A stretch of 63,558 nt of DNA, counting the filler, from Conidiobolus incongruus B7586 (Eukaryota), in assembly GCA_000697335.1 (NCBI GenBank). It is 5 parts of 5 records of this genome, joined end to end, with 100 filler letters (N's around TTAATTAATTAA, not from the genome) between each part and the next. Parts side by side here need not be neighbours in the genome. Positions count along the whole stretch, not along the records: positions 1 to 31,538 come from JNEM01006288.1; positions 31,639 to 38,337 come from JNEM01006294.1; 3 more parts are not named here. The stretch is one strand, 5' to 3'. The notes under the pieces were generated by a model that did no database searches, had not been told where the DNA came from, and saw nothing but the letters and a program-made list of their open reading frames with translations. Of the stretch, positions 26,547-38,437 are shown one piece after another (the stretch's first letter is position 1; every line of letters begins with the position of its first letter). The translations under genes were made by a program, and so were the position numbers.

Positions 26547-29499
26547 TTATAAGCCGAAATACTTTAACATTGTCCTTTTCCCAAATGGGATTCGATAAAG
26601 AATAAGCATCAAAAGGTTTTGAAGCCAATTGACATAACTTTTTCCTAATGGTAGTTGACAGTTCCTGCTTATTGGTATCATTTCTATTTTATAAATTGTT
26701 AGATAATATATAATAATAACTAATAAATTATTACCCATTGAGTATAGTGTCAAAAATGTTCACCTAAAGGTTTAGTGGTTAGATTGATTTTAAAATTATG
26801 TAATATGATTACCGATAGTTCATGAGAAATTAAAAATTTGATCGGTTGTTTAGGTTTGACATTAATAGTTTGACAATTAAAAAACATGACTAATTTTAAT
26901 TCCATTACTTGCTGACAACTTTTACAAATCCACTTTGGACCCATGAGACTACTATTATTCGTATTTTTAATAATACAAGACTGAATAACAAAATCTTCAC
27001 TAGATCGAAATCAGACAAAATTGTTGGAGAATGAACTCAATTGAGATATACCTGTTCCAGCACTCTGAAGAACAAACCAAACGAAGCATTTTGTCAATCG
27101 AGTGAGGACGAACATCCATTAATTTGACATGATATTTGATTAAATCATCCTGCTATACAATCAATGATTAGAACAATATCTAAATAATATAAAATATCAG
27201 CTCACCTTTACACTAACTGAGGTATCTGTAAATATGATATGATCTATTCATTTCTAAGATGATTCAATATTTACACAATTAACTAAATTTTACCTTCATT
27301 GGGGATAGAAATATGAGATAATGATTGATAAACGTTAGCTTTAGTATTTAGTGGATTTGGAGTACTTGGGCCAGAATTTTGTATGTTTGATTGTAGATTA
27401 GTATCTTGATTCAAAACACAGAAGCCTACAGCATCTGATTTAGACTCTGTTTTATCAGTTGTAACTTTGCTAGCATCAGATTGGATATCAAATCCTTCAT
27501 CTTCCATAATCCTCGCTTCATGATCGCGAATATTGAGATATTGGGGAGTATATTGATTCATAAAATATTTCTTCTTCCTAGTTAAAAATGTCGAATTTAA
27601 TTCTAAAGCTATCATCAGGAATAATTTGATTACTTGACTAATTCTTTATAGTGCACATTTTCACTATCAGGAATTGGATCAAAATCCAACTTCTTTACAT
27701 TATTTTGACCGGAGATAACGGAAAAAGATCTCAAATGCAACTCGAGACCATTTTTGTAGTTGCTTTCTGCTTTCAAACCTCTGAATTGAAGAATTTCGGA
27801 TTTCGGATTTGTTCTCAATACTTCATTGATGAGAGGCGCTGAATCATCCCAACAAGTTAAATGAATGCAACTTGATTGGTTTAAAGGAATTCCGTTTTCA
27901 AAAGTATGGGGTTGATTCCTGTTATAATGTACTTTAGATTAAATAATGCTCATAAAAAGGTATTTTTTGGATTTACTTTAACATAGGATTTTCCGTAAAA
28001 TCTGTACATAATAAAGTAAGTCTATCAGGTCTCGAATCAAACTTTTTTAAAACCTAATTATAACAAGAGGAAATTAACATCTTATAATCCGATATTAAAA
28101 ATGAAAATACCAATAAAACCATGTCATAATAATCATTGAATTGTAAATCTTGGACTCGGCCGAATTTAACTTCTCTAATCGTTTCATTTGAAGGAATTGA
28201 ATTTAAGGAACTGCTCTTTAATACTTGATTCATCCTCCTAGACAAAATATATTTAATTAACAAATTAAATAAATAAATAATAATAATTTACCTTACGATT
28301 CCCTTGCATTCAACATGGGTTGGATTGATTACTGTACTAGTGTTAGAGAATTGGAAATGAGGTCTAGTTCCATTAATAATCAACTCTAAATTATTTCGTT
28401 TGTCTAATTTTGCTTTGACCATGCTAAAGTGAAAGAAACTGAAATTTGGACTGTTTAATACTTGAGCTATCTGGTCATCCCAAACGGTCAATTTTAAAAA
28501 GTAATTCCCTTTTAATTGTTTTGATTGTGGCAATTCAACAGTGTAATTACTGTAAATAAATATGAGTATATATTTTAACTGCTGAATAAGTGATTACTAT
28601 ATTACCTCAGATTGTCACCACAAGAATAGTCAGTGATGAGAAATTGGGAGCGGTTGCCATATCTATTATCATGTCTGACAACCTAAATGATTTTAAGTAT
28701 GAAATGAATATAATTGTATTTGATTTACCTGTGCAATAATTTGAATAGTTTGACCCGGTTGGATTTCTGCTAACGTATTAGGTCGTTCATAAATTGAAGA
28801 CAGAACAATTGAATTAATCGATTGGCTGTCCGTTTGATCATCTGAAAATATTTGGTGATTTGGTTCAGATTTATCAGGTTGATTCACAGAGGTAGAAGTA
28901 TTAGCTGTTTGACTCAAGTCAGTTTGTTTCCTCTTTTTAGGCACGGGTTCAGTATCAACGCTATCTGAAGATTGAGTAGGATGAGATTTGATTTTAGAAT
29001 TTTCCTTGACACGATAGACCAACTTCATGAATTTTGGGTATTTTAAAATATCTTGACTACTATACACTTTATAGGGATTGGAACCACTCATTAAACCGAT
29101 AAATTTTCCACCTATATCGACTTGAAACTAATGATTTACTCGATTAATATTTTTGTATTAAACCCATAGAAATATGTTATTTACTTGGATATTTTTAATA
29201 ATGACTAATTGAAAATTCTGTGAAATTGGAGGACATAATAATCCCTCATTATTGATAAAATAATTAATTTCAACTTCGCCTTCAATGTCTCTTAATTTAA
29301 ATCGAAATTTATCACCTAATAACATTTATTATTTTTTTCATAAAATTAAATATATAACTATAATACCTATTAAAAAATGGTTACAAAAATCAACTACAAC
29401 ACCAATTATAGTATAATTTTTTAAAGGTTCAATCTGAGAAAGTGGTTGGAATTGTTGTACTTTTGTTAAATCTTCAAGTTTTATATTTGGTGTCTCCAT
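26547..29499 (-). CDS. POT1: POT1-like telomere ssDNA-binding OB-fold protein, multi-exon
   Basis: OB1 start (IIGVVVDF), two POT1PC-like OB folds (FLITDYS...LTVWDD and LLCTDFTENP...LTCWDD) and a C-terminal OB with Cys pairs (CSSEC, CKSC). Confidence 0.75.
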
Positions 29500-30545
29500 A
29501 TTTTAATTTGAATTTACAACGTAAAACAAATCTAAAATTTAATGAATGACGCGATTTAAATAAATTATATAATGTAAACGATAATTAAAATTATGGGATG
29601 TTCCTTTTGATCAAAACATTATTTTTTTCAATTTTGTTTAATATTTTAAACAGATATAAGCTAAATGATTACTTTATAACTCAACCTTTATACATAATAC
29701 ACATTAAATATTTATATTTTGAGGCTTATATATAGATACTTTAATCATTCACTTAAAGTTATCATTATCCAACTCAAGCTCATTAAACAAAAAGAACTTG
29801 GCCTTCATTGTGATAACTACGTTATCTTAATAAATGTATTTTAAAAGTATTGAATATACCTAATTATTATTATTATTTAATTAGATTCTTGAAGTTATGT
29901 AAATATTAACAGTTTTGGGAATCATTATTATAAAATATTCATATTATACTTTCCATAATAACATTAGTTTTTTCATAGCTAGGCCCTCAAATACAGATTC
30001 ATCTTATTCTATAACACTATTCCATTATTTCAAAACAACTAGAGAATATTTAAATTTTTTTGGAAGTTTAAATTTACTTCATTAAAAATAAGTTGTATTA
30101 ATGCTGAAATATTAAAAATTGTGCAAAATATTTAATATTGTTGAAAATCAAGGATTAATTAATTATATTGATATTATCACACGTATATTAATTCAAGTTT
30201 ATTTAAATTCGATATTTTGAAATATTTTATATTTTAGAAACCATATAAAAATATAAAACCAAAAAGATATAATTTGTATGGAATCGATAAATTTTGATAT
30301 GATCCTTGGGTTAGTATTATTATTAATAAAATTTAATATTTGCTATTATCAAAGATTGATTTTACTTGAAAATAATCAAAGTGACATGTATTATTATATT
30401 TTTTTGAATCAGTTGTAAATATTAACCAAGAATGATTAAATTAGATAATTATAGGAGAATAAAATCGATTAATATAATATTGAACCAAAAATAGGATATT
30501 AAATGTAATTAAATTGAAAGCAATATATTTGATCAAATAGAAAAA

Positions 30546-31538
30546 TTACAATTTGGGAGTGTGAATAGAGTTTCTGATTAACTCAATGAAAGTTCTGGTG
30601 GGACGACCACTCATGCCCTTGGTCAAGTAGCCAGATTCACCAGTGGTTTCCATAACACCAGCAATATCCAAGTGAGCATATCTTAAACCAAATGATGAGT
30701 CTTCATTCCAGTCATTAACAGCCTTTTCGTCCTTGTTTTCAGGCTTGGGTAAGAATTCTCTCATGAAAGCGGCAGCAATACAAGAACCACCATAACGATC
30801 ACCAATATTGGCTAAATCAGCAACGCTGGTGCGAACGAGAGAGCTTGGTAGCTAGGGTGGAAAGGCATTCTCCAGAAAGGATCACCAGATTGCTTACCAG
30901 CCTTTTCAATTTCTTGCCACAGAGAATCGTCAGTAGAGAAAGCAGCAGCATATACATCGCCAAGGGCAATGCAAATAGCACCGGTAAGAGTAGCAACAGT
31001 CATAACGGTATGAGGTTGATAAGTGGTGGTGGTGTAGTAGAGAGCATCAGCCATGACTAAACGACCTTCAGCATCAGTGTTCAAAACTTCAATAGACTTT
31101 CCATTCATGGCAGTGACAACATCACCAGGCTTGGTTGCACGACCATTGGGCATATTTTCACTGAGAGCAACAACACAAGTGACGTTGACAGGGAGCTTGA
31201 GTTCAGCAACAGCTAAAGTGGCAGCAAGAGAGGTAGCAGCACCACCCATATCACCCTTCATAGCATGCATACCAGCAGAAGGCTTGAGGGAGATACCCCC
31301 GGTATCAAAAGTAATACCCTTACCAACAAATGCAATGGGTTTTTGGTCAGCAGGACCTCCACGATAGTGAACTTCAACCAAACGAGGTTCTTGATCAGAG
31401 CCAGCAGCAACTGAAAGGAAAGATCCCATCTTCTTTTCCTTGATCCATTCTAATCCTCTAACTTGAACTTCAACATTTTCCAAACCTTTGGCGAATTGCT
31501 CAACTTGTTCGGCAAAGATAGTAGGAGTAAGTTGGTTA
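30546..31538 (-). CDS. Cytosol leucine aminopeptidase (M17), 5'-truncated by gap, with apparent frameshift
   Basis: VGKGITFDTGGISLK, MKGDMGGAA, NTDAEGRL, ATLTGA and HLDIAG. The frame switches near 30836-30843. Confidence 0.93.
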
Positions 31539-31638
31539 NNNNNNNNNNNNNNNNNNNNNNNNNNNNNNNNNNNNNNNNNNNNTTAATTAATTAANNNNNN
31601 NNNNNNNNNNNNNNNNNNNNNNNNNNNNNNNNNNNNNN
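31539..31638. other. Artificial contig spacer N44-TTAATTAATTAA-N44
   Basis: Identical 100-bp structure occurs four times; the 12-mer has stops in all six frames. Confidence 0.97.
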
Positions 31639-31717
31639 ATTTTGTAAATATTAGAAATTAACTAAAAATATAGTAAAAAATGATTAATAGTAAAGAATAT
31701 TAATTTTATAATATATA

Positions 31718-33300
31718 CACTAACTTGTAAAAATGAGTTATAAAATCAAAAATATATATATTTTAATTAATAACTAAAACAATTGTATATATTAGATTAC
31801 TTGAAACTATAATATATAATTAAGGTATATTATTTAATAATAAATAAATATATTTAGATATATTTAGATATATTTAGTAAACTATTAGCAAAAATATTAA
31901 CCTTTAATATTTAACTAAGGTGAGTTATAAATTTGTAGGTTTTTGAGATAAAAGGATATATTTAACAATATATAACCATATCTTTTTTCTTTTTTTGTTA
32001 TTATTTTATATAATATTTTATAGATATACTAAATTTTTTTTATTAGTATTATTATACTTAAATCCCTCTCTAAAAAAATTTACTTGTGTATTAATTAACT
32101 TTATAAAAAAGATAAATTAACTTATGATATTACTAGAATTACTAGTGTTAAATAATTTATTATAGCTAAAGTTATTAAGAATAACAATAAAGAAACATTT
32201 AAACTTAAACTTAAGTGTGTTAAAATTATATATAAACATGATAAGAAGTATATTTATAGGTTAGTTAATATAAGTAAATATAGTATTATTGTAGAAATAC
32301 AACAGGAATTATAAAACTATACAAGAATATTAATTAACACTAATACTATTATATATACTTTATATTAACATAGATACTATTTACACTTTAAGAAAAAATA
32401 CCCCCAACTAAAAAAATCCCATTATAAAACTAAGTGGGAGTTTAAATATCATTATTAATGTTGAACTAAAACTAATTAGAGTAAGGTTATTTAATTTAAT
32501 AAAACAAAAATATACTTTAGTAGATTTAATAAAAAAGTTAAATACTTTAAAAAAAATACAAAATTACTTTATAACTATTATGTTAATTTTACCCAAAAGT
32601 ATAATAGTAGGTTAATTATTATTTAAGGATATATGTTGTTTTTAAGTGTAAAGTATCTTTGTAAAGTTAATAGGGGAATTAATATTAAAATGTACTAAAG
32701 TATTTTAAACAATAAATTGAAAAAAACCATTGAATAATATAGGTTAAACAAATCTAATGTTATTTTCTAGTAAGATAATACCTTTTGTTATACTATAACT
32801 TCTATTACCAAATAGCTTAAAAATAATAAGATAATAGTTATAAAGTAGCTTCTTTAATTTTTTAACTTTAATTTAATTAAACACCTTTAGGATTAGTTAA
32901 AAAAAATTATTAAAGCTTTCCCCCTAGTAAAAAATTTAAATCAACTTTAAAAATATATTTAAGAAGCATAGAATAAAATTAACCTTTTTTAGTATAAGAA
33001 GTTAGTTGATTCTATACCCCACAAACTTAAAGAAGTTAGAAAAACTAAAGGTAGATACATTAAGTTTTAATTTTTTTTTATCACCAAAAACCTACAAATT
33101 TATAACTCACCTTAGGTAAAATTTAAAGGTTTATATTTTAACCAATTAATAGCTAAATATTATCATTTAATGATATATATAACTAATAAATATAATAGAT
33201 TTTAATTATTTAATTTAAGTTTATTTTATTAAATATTAATCAAGTTATTAGTAAAAATATAAGTGTTTTTGATTTTATAACTCACTTTTATAGGTTAGTA
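31718..33300 (+). mobile_element. Full-length degenerate Tc1-family (DD34E) transposon with long IR/DR terminal repeats
   Basis: TA-flanked, with ~240-bp TIRs (e.g. ctaaggtgagttataaatttgtaggtttt at 31915 versus aaaacctacaaatttataactcaccttag at 33087). Relics of FQQDNAxCH (32765), WPPQSPDLNPIEHLW (32846) and LVDSMP...KGGYTKF* (33002-33070). Confidence 0.92.
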
Positions 33301-33341
33301 TATATATATATATATTCATGTATATTTATTTTTTATATATT

Positions 33342-33708
33342 TATAAGTATAATAATAATAAAACTAATATAATATAGAGGAAAACTTAATATAAAGTAGT
33401 GTAGCTTATAGCATAGTATTGATAATATAGCAAAATGATATAAATATAAATAAAGTTTAATTGAGCTTTATAAACAAATAAGTTAACACTGATATATTAG
33501 ATTTTATATCAGGTAATGCTAATATATTATAATACTAACAGAATATAGTCTCAACTTTAAAAATATTAGAAAAGATAAGAAATAATAAGAATTAAAAGGA
33601 AAAGAACTTAGTTTATTAGATAATTCAATATTATTTATATAAATAATTTATAGTTGAATAAATTATACAGAAATATATATAAGGATTTTAAGAATTAGTC
33701 TTTTAACA
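33342..33708. mobile_element. Solo LTR (copy 2) with 5-bp TSD ATATT
   Basis: Termini TATAAG...TTTAACA. ATATT lies at 33337-33341 and 33709-33713. Colinear with 16072-16469 but more AT-shifted. Confidence 0.85.
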
Positions 33709-35144
33709 ATATTTTATATTAAATTGTTTATTTGTATATAATCTCAAAAAAGTTTTATTACTTAGGATTCCAAGTAATATTAAATAGTTTTAAATTTTTA
33801 TTAAATAATATATGAAAAAAGATATAATATCAATAAATTATCATTTAAAATAATTTATCTTCTCTCTAAATAGCACCCTCTTTTACCATTTGAATTTACC
33901 TAACTTTGAAAAAAGCTGATATTTAATTCAAATATAAAATAAATCAACTTAATTTTTATTTTTCTACATAAGATTTGGATATCTTTGAACTTTGAGCTTA
34001 GTATTAAGAATCCCAAGGTAATTGAATTCACAAGGATCGATATCAGATGAATATGAGCCATAAAATAATACATTCAATGATTTTTTAATATTGAATTTTT
34101 GACTATGATTAATAACATTTGCATTTTCTTGACAAAATAATGGAGTTTTTAAATTTTTAATCTTGGCCAATCATCCAGCATATTTCCCAATAAACGACTA
34201 TATATTATTACTTTCATTGTAATTATATTGGGTAATAAATAAAAATATGGACTGAATTATAGCCCAATCTCATTACCAAATGTCTTTCCTTTTCATTTTA
34301 TTCAAACTTTGGAATTTTTTTAGAAATTAGCGAATTTTTTCAATTAAAATGAAAATATATAAAAGGAATAACATAGTAAGAAGGAACAAAATTTCACCTA
34401 TAACCATATATTTCTCAATATACTAAATCTAGAATGATAATTTGAAAGGTTCATCGTAGCATTTTATACTCTTTATTGCTTTTGTTTTGGGATAAAACAT
34501 AAGGTATCCTTTTTCGAACAACTCAAATTATATGGTTAGAAAATAACAAATTTTAATAAAATTATATTTTATTTGAATGATAATTCTCGTAGAAAAATCA
34601 AAGCGTTTTGATATATATTAACCTTTTGAAATATAAGTTTGTTTTTATAATGCTAAGGAGTCCAAACCAAGAGGTATTTTAATAATCTATGATTCTTGCA
34701 CGAAGTATTTAATCCAATAATTTATGGTAGCAATAGTATAAGCATTATATGAATGCGCTCTCTTTAAATTTTGATATATTTGGTAAAGTATAAAATCAGC
34801 TAGATAAGATGTTTTTACATATAATCATTGATTGAATTTGTCAATAGTTAAGCTTTAGTTTACAGTTGCCAAATAAAATGAGAATATAACATTTTATTAA
34901 AAATTCTGATACTGAATATTTATTCAATGTTGCAATATATTTTTGAATTGTTTTTAAAATGCCATCTCGAATAAATTATAATGATATTGTACAAATTTTT
35001 TTAAATTTAATTAATAACCTTTGATAAAAAATTAGAAAATTTATGATATTAAAGTGGTTTTTATGATAAAATTGGTTAATTGAATTAGACTTTGAAATAT
35101 AAATAATTTAAAAACTTTACTTCAAACTTGAATCTATTCTAAAA

Positions 35145-38100
35145 TTAAACTATACAAAAATCTAAACTTCCCTGTAGATCGAGACCTTGATAAACATCCG
35201 ATATGACAAATACACCATAGCTGTACTTGCCACCCTGGCCAGGTGTCAATATTTCTAATTTAACATTATACACATTCTTGTCAGGCACAATGGTGACACG
35301 TTTCATTCCTAAGATCAAATCTTTCTTCATATCTGCGACAATAATCCACCAAGCTTCTTCCTGAATTTTATGGAATTTGGGAGCGTAGGCACGACCGGTA
35401 TAGCGTCCATTACGCGTTAGGGTAATTTGAACTTTTTGGTGGACGTGAGGCTTGTATTGCGGGATGGACCCACTCGAAGGTAATGATATCTGAAGTTTCG
35501 GCATTTGGTCCAAGACTTTAGAAATGTCGGCGATTTGGTCGCGAGATAAGCCGACCTTTGCTAGGACTTTGGACGTGGCGGACCTGGGGGCGTTGATAAT
35601 TTCAGCTAGGCATAGCACTGGGGGATTGAGGGTGTTGAGTTTGGTTACTATGCTGTCGTCAATCCAGGGTAATTGTTTTAGAGTGGAGTCGGTAGGCCAT
35701 GCAGCTTGCTTAAGTGCTTGGAGACAGTTCGCCACATTCAACAGTGTAGTGAGATGGCCCTTGTAGCATGTGACATCTGCAATAGCTTGCAAGATACGAA
35801 TGGCCTGATCCAAAACGGTGCCAGTATCGGTAACGTAATCAGCAATTGGGAGAGTAGCATGCGACAAGAATGCTTGCAGCAACAGGAACACTTTGGCGTT
35901 GGGACGATCGTAACTCATAGGATATACAGGATAGGGAACAAGTGCTTCGAGATCCTGATTATACAAATCTTCGTTATGACGCACGGGATGTTCGATATAT
36001 TCTTCCGAATTCGCCAAAATTCTTAAGAGATCTTGGAATTCTGTATCAGCTGTCAATTCATTGTAGAATTTGCGAATGGATAAGTGACTCAAGTAGTAGT
36101 GTGATGCGATTTTACCCAGTTTGATAGGTGCTACGGCGTCGAATTCATTCTCTTCAATACAACGCGATTTGATTAACTCCCTGAAGGAATTGTCAATCAT
36201 GCGGGACATGTACTCGCGAACAGAATTGGGTGTAGCATCTTGAAGACCGTAAAACGTTGGATTCATTCTCAATCTCTGGTAAAGATAAGTCCAAGTCAGG
36301 TAATCCATAGCCTCCTGCTTATTGGTAATCGTACCCGATGCAATTTCGGCGTTGAAATGATCATCCAAACACTTGTGAAGTTTGGATTCCACCGGGAATG
36401 GCTCGTGAAGGAATTTCTTAAAGAATTGTTTCTTGGTGTCGATCGTAAACACACGAGCAATGGCTGATGTATCGAATTGGGGACGTCCGGCACGTCCGAT
36501 CATTTGTAAAATGTCGGTGAGGTCGTAGTCGATGTAACTGTTGGTCTTGGCGTCGAAGTATTCGGTTCCTTTGACAATGACCAAATGTGCTGGGAAGTTC
36601 ACACCCCATGCCAGAGTACTGGTGGCAATGAGTACTTGAATCTTGGAGTTGACAAATAATTCTTCGACCAACTTACGATCGGATTCGACCAAACCAGCGT
36701 GATGTAGACCAATACCGAACAGAATGGTCTCCTTGAGACTTGCATCCTGAATCCTCTCCACCAACATTTCCACATCCTCTTCTGGCATATTGAGGAATTG
36801 TTTGGGATTATCCTCAGTCGCACAGAATTTGATAAGGTCGCGAGCTGTGAGACGCGTCTGTCTTCTCGATGACACGAACACAATCACTGGCTTGGAGGGA
36901 GAGTGTGTGCGGATTGCCTTGTAGGTGGGACGATTCATCACCTCCATTCTGGGGCAGTAGTGCTTTCCGGAAAAGCCGTCAATATAAATTTCGAGGGGAA
37001 CGGGTCTTACGGAGTGTCGGAAGTTGAAGAGCCCCTTCTCGTCAATGCCCAACCAAGCTGCGAGATCGACAGCATTAGCTAAAGCTGTGGAAAGTCCTAC
37101 AATTCTGATGTGGCGACTGGTCTTAGAACTGATGAAATTCATACGTGATACGATCACTTCGAGAATGGGGCCGCGATCGCCACCCAACAAGTGGATTTCG
37201 TCAATGATCATAAGGGATACTTTCTTAACATATTCTCTGGATTGCCATCCACGACTGATACCGTCCCACTTTTCAGGAGTAGTGATAATAATGTCGGATC
37301 TTTCGATGGTACGAATATCTGGAGTGACATCACCAGTCAATTCGACGACTGTCTTACCCATCAAGTCGGACAATCTGGAAGTCCAGTCGGAAATACGTTC
37401 TTTAACCAACGCCTTCAAGGGTGCGATGTATACAACTTTAGAGTCGGGATGGTCCCTGAAAGCTTGCCACATAGCGAGTTCAGCCGCGACAGTCTTACCA
37501 GAACCTGTAGGAGCGCCAATCAAGACATTGTAGTCGTGATGGTAGAGCGAGTGGAAGATTTGCGTTTGGATAGGATTGAAGTGAGAGAATCTACGACCAC
37601 AAATCTCTTCAAGAACAGGATCCTGCAAAGCTGTAATAGGTAAAGGATTCAACTTTAATAAGTTAGTATGCTGCGATTTGAGCTGGGGTAGGACAAGATT
37701 GTGGAAAGACACTGGATGTAAAGTTTCGGCACCGATCCATCTATCAGAAATAGCTCTAACGAAAATTTGGGGTGGTAGAGGCTCTGGAATGGGGATGGTA
37801 AACATAATCTTAATCTCCTCATTCATATTCTCCTTGCTGATAAAGAAGTGCTCGGAATGGTATAATTCCATATTGTCCGTATCTTCTACCCAGAGATGAT
37901 AGGGTTCGCCGGTGCCGTGGACTTGATCACTCCATACGAAGTCTGGATAAATGGTCACCTGCATTCTCAATACATTGCGAGTGATTGGGAACAGTTCTAC
38001 ATCCAATTCTACCTTGGGGAATTGCTGAACACATTTGAGTAAAGTTGGACCCATTCTCATAAAGCGGACCATGTCGCCCAATTCATTCGCACTCATTGTC

Positions 38101-38337
38101 GACAGTTGCTCAATCGTAAACTCTTGGGTCAAATCCTCCAACTTCATTCTCAAATTTTCGGGCAGTTCAAATTGTGCGAGGGGATGTTGGAATGACCACA
38201 TGCGCTTCTCGATAGATTTGCAGAGTGATAAAAGAACTGCGGCAGTGGGACCCCAATTTCTGTTGAGGGCAATTTCAAATACAGCTCTGAAGATACGGCC
38301 AGCATTTTGGGATACGTAATAACTGTCGGAGACTAGG
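35145..38337 (-). CDS. SLH1: Ski2-like helicase Slh1/ASCC3 (second helicase cassette + Sec63 domain), 5'-truncated by gap
   Basis: GAPTGSGKT, TTPEKWDGISRGW, DEIHLLGGDRGPILE, LAWGVNFPAHLV and QMIGRAGRPQFD. These residues fit Slh1/ASCC3 better than Brr2. Confidence 0.92.
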
Positions 38338-38437
38338 NNNNNNNNNNNNNNNNNNNNNNNNNNNNNNNNNNNNNNNNNNNNTTAATTAATTAANNNNNNN
38401 NNNNNNNNNNNNNNNNNNNNNNNNNNNNNNNNNNNNN
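38338..38437. other. Artificial contig spacer
   Basis: N44-TTAATTAATTAA-N44. Confidence 0.97.

Larger units (their letters stand above)
31639..33778 (+). mobile_element. Mariner 3' fragment (copy C) split by a Tc1 element and a solo LTR
   Basis: 31645-31703 resembles the mariner C-terminus. A TIR-like end (tcaaaaaagttttattacttaggattccaagtaa-TA) lies at ~33743-33778. Confidence 0.55.

Noticed and set aside
31583..31594. TTAATTAATTAA palindrome recurring four times
   Set aside because: Always centred in N-runs of identical length; it is a six-frame-stop assembly linker, not biology.
32761..32900. In-frame TAA/TAG at Gln/Trp positions suggesting an alternative genetic code or readthrough
   Set aside because: Confined to TE relics and accompanied by missense C->T/G->A changes; host genes use standard stops.
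34503..34513. GTATCCTTT resembling a U12 5' splice site
   Set aside because: Not within a supported + strand gene, and no matching branch site was identified.
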